Shown here in pieces: positions 63,899-64,000 of a stretch of 64,000 bases of DNA (position 1 is its first letter; every line of letters starts with the position of its first letter). A program made the translations under genes and the position numbers. Under the pieces are notes generated by a model, which saw nothing but the letters and a program-made list of their open reading frames with translations, was not told the origin of the DNA and made no database searches. The stretch is from an uncultured Dehalococcoidia bacterium (GTDB taxonomy: Bacteria; Chloroflexota; Dehalococcoidia; Lucifugimonadales; UBA826). The DNA lies in contig CAZRSW010000001.1 of assembly GCA_964602845.1 (NCBI GenBank), positions 13,018-77,017 of the forward strand, in the 5' to 3' direction.

Positions 63899-64000
63899 AT
63901 GACTCCTCTGAGTAAGTCAGTAGCAATAGTAGGTGTTGATGAGTCGGATGAAATAGGCAAAGTTCCAGGGAAATCAAACCTTCAGCATCACGCAGAAGCT
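63899..64000 (+). CDS. Thiolase-like / lipid-transfer-type protein, N-terminal fragment (continues beyond the window)
   Basis: My translation from ATG 63899 is MTPLSKSVAIVGVDESDEIGKVPGKSNLQHHAEA. VAIVGVG/D-type N-termini are typical of SCP-x/DitF-like thiolases. Only 34 codons are visible. Confidence 0.4.
   Translation, partial: MTPLSKSVAIVGVDESDEIGKVPGKSNLQHHAEA

Noticed and set aside
1-64000. CRISPR arrays, IS elements or transposases, integrases, prophage genes, toxin-antitoxin pairs and rRNA.
   Set aside because: I found no spaced direct repeats, inverted terminal repeats, recombinase-like ORFs or rRNA-like stretches while reading the gaps and the ORF list. Apart from 59-63 kb, the window looks like core genome.

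Overview
This 64-kb window is densely packed and almost entirely housekeeping. It holds about 80 protein genes, one tRNA and one T-box leader, on both strands, with short or negative spacers and many GTG/TTG starts. The operon layout (Trp T-box leader, rpmH-rnpA-yidD-yidC-jag, nusA-ylxR-infB-rbfA-truB, rplU-rpmA-rpmE) is typical of a monoderm-type lineage. Together with Ni-SOD, SelB and sugar-acid genes, my guess is a streamlined marine Chloroflexota-like genome, but this is inference only.

Content from left to right:
- aminotransferase (cut by the window edge), ispH, several oxidoreductases
- an L-fucose/L-rhamnose-type dehydrogenase-mutarotase-lactonase trio
- sirC-hemC-cobA/hemD-hemB
- sodX/sodN (Ni superoxide dismutase), cupin-panE-cupin
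- T-box leader followed by trpS-trpEGDCF
- VOC, RidA, HIT, YqeK, a phosphoesterase, coaBC-coaX, an NYN/OST-HTH protein, moeB/thiF
- PduO adenosyltransferase-hisH-hisA-methyltransferase-hisF-hisIE, DUF1385
- rpmE-rpmA-rplU, truB-rbfA-infB-ylxR-nusA
- modABC, an amidohydrolase, NUDIX
- rpmH-rnpA-yidD-PQQ lipoprotein-yidC-jag
- AI-2E permease, two enoyl-CoA hydratases, tRNA-Gln, crcB, trxB
- class III aminotransferase, thrC, NifU-like protein, thiolase, selB

I saw no CRISPR array, IS element, integrase, prophage or rRNA.

The only block I cannot explain as routine metabolism or translation is 59.1-63.0 kb. It is a translationally coupled four-gene cassette immediately downstream of selB: an unknown 166-aa protein, a NurA-like nuclease, an unknown 190-aa protein with a HAS-barrel-like N-terminus, and a HerA/DUF87 ATPase. 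This is my best candidate for an undescribed nuclease-translocase system (repair or defence).

Several ORF-track starts extend too far 5'. Two real genes are missing from the track: rpmH and the edge-truncated aminotransferase.
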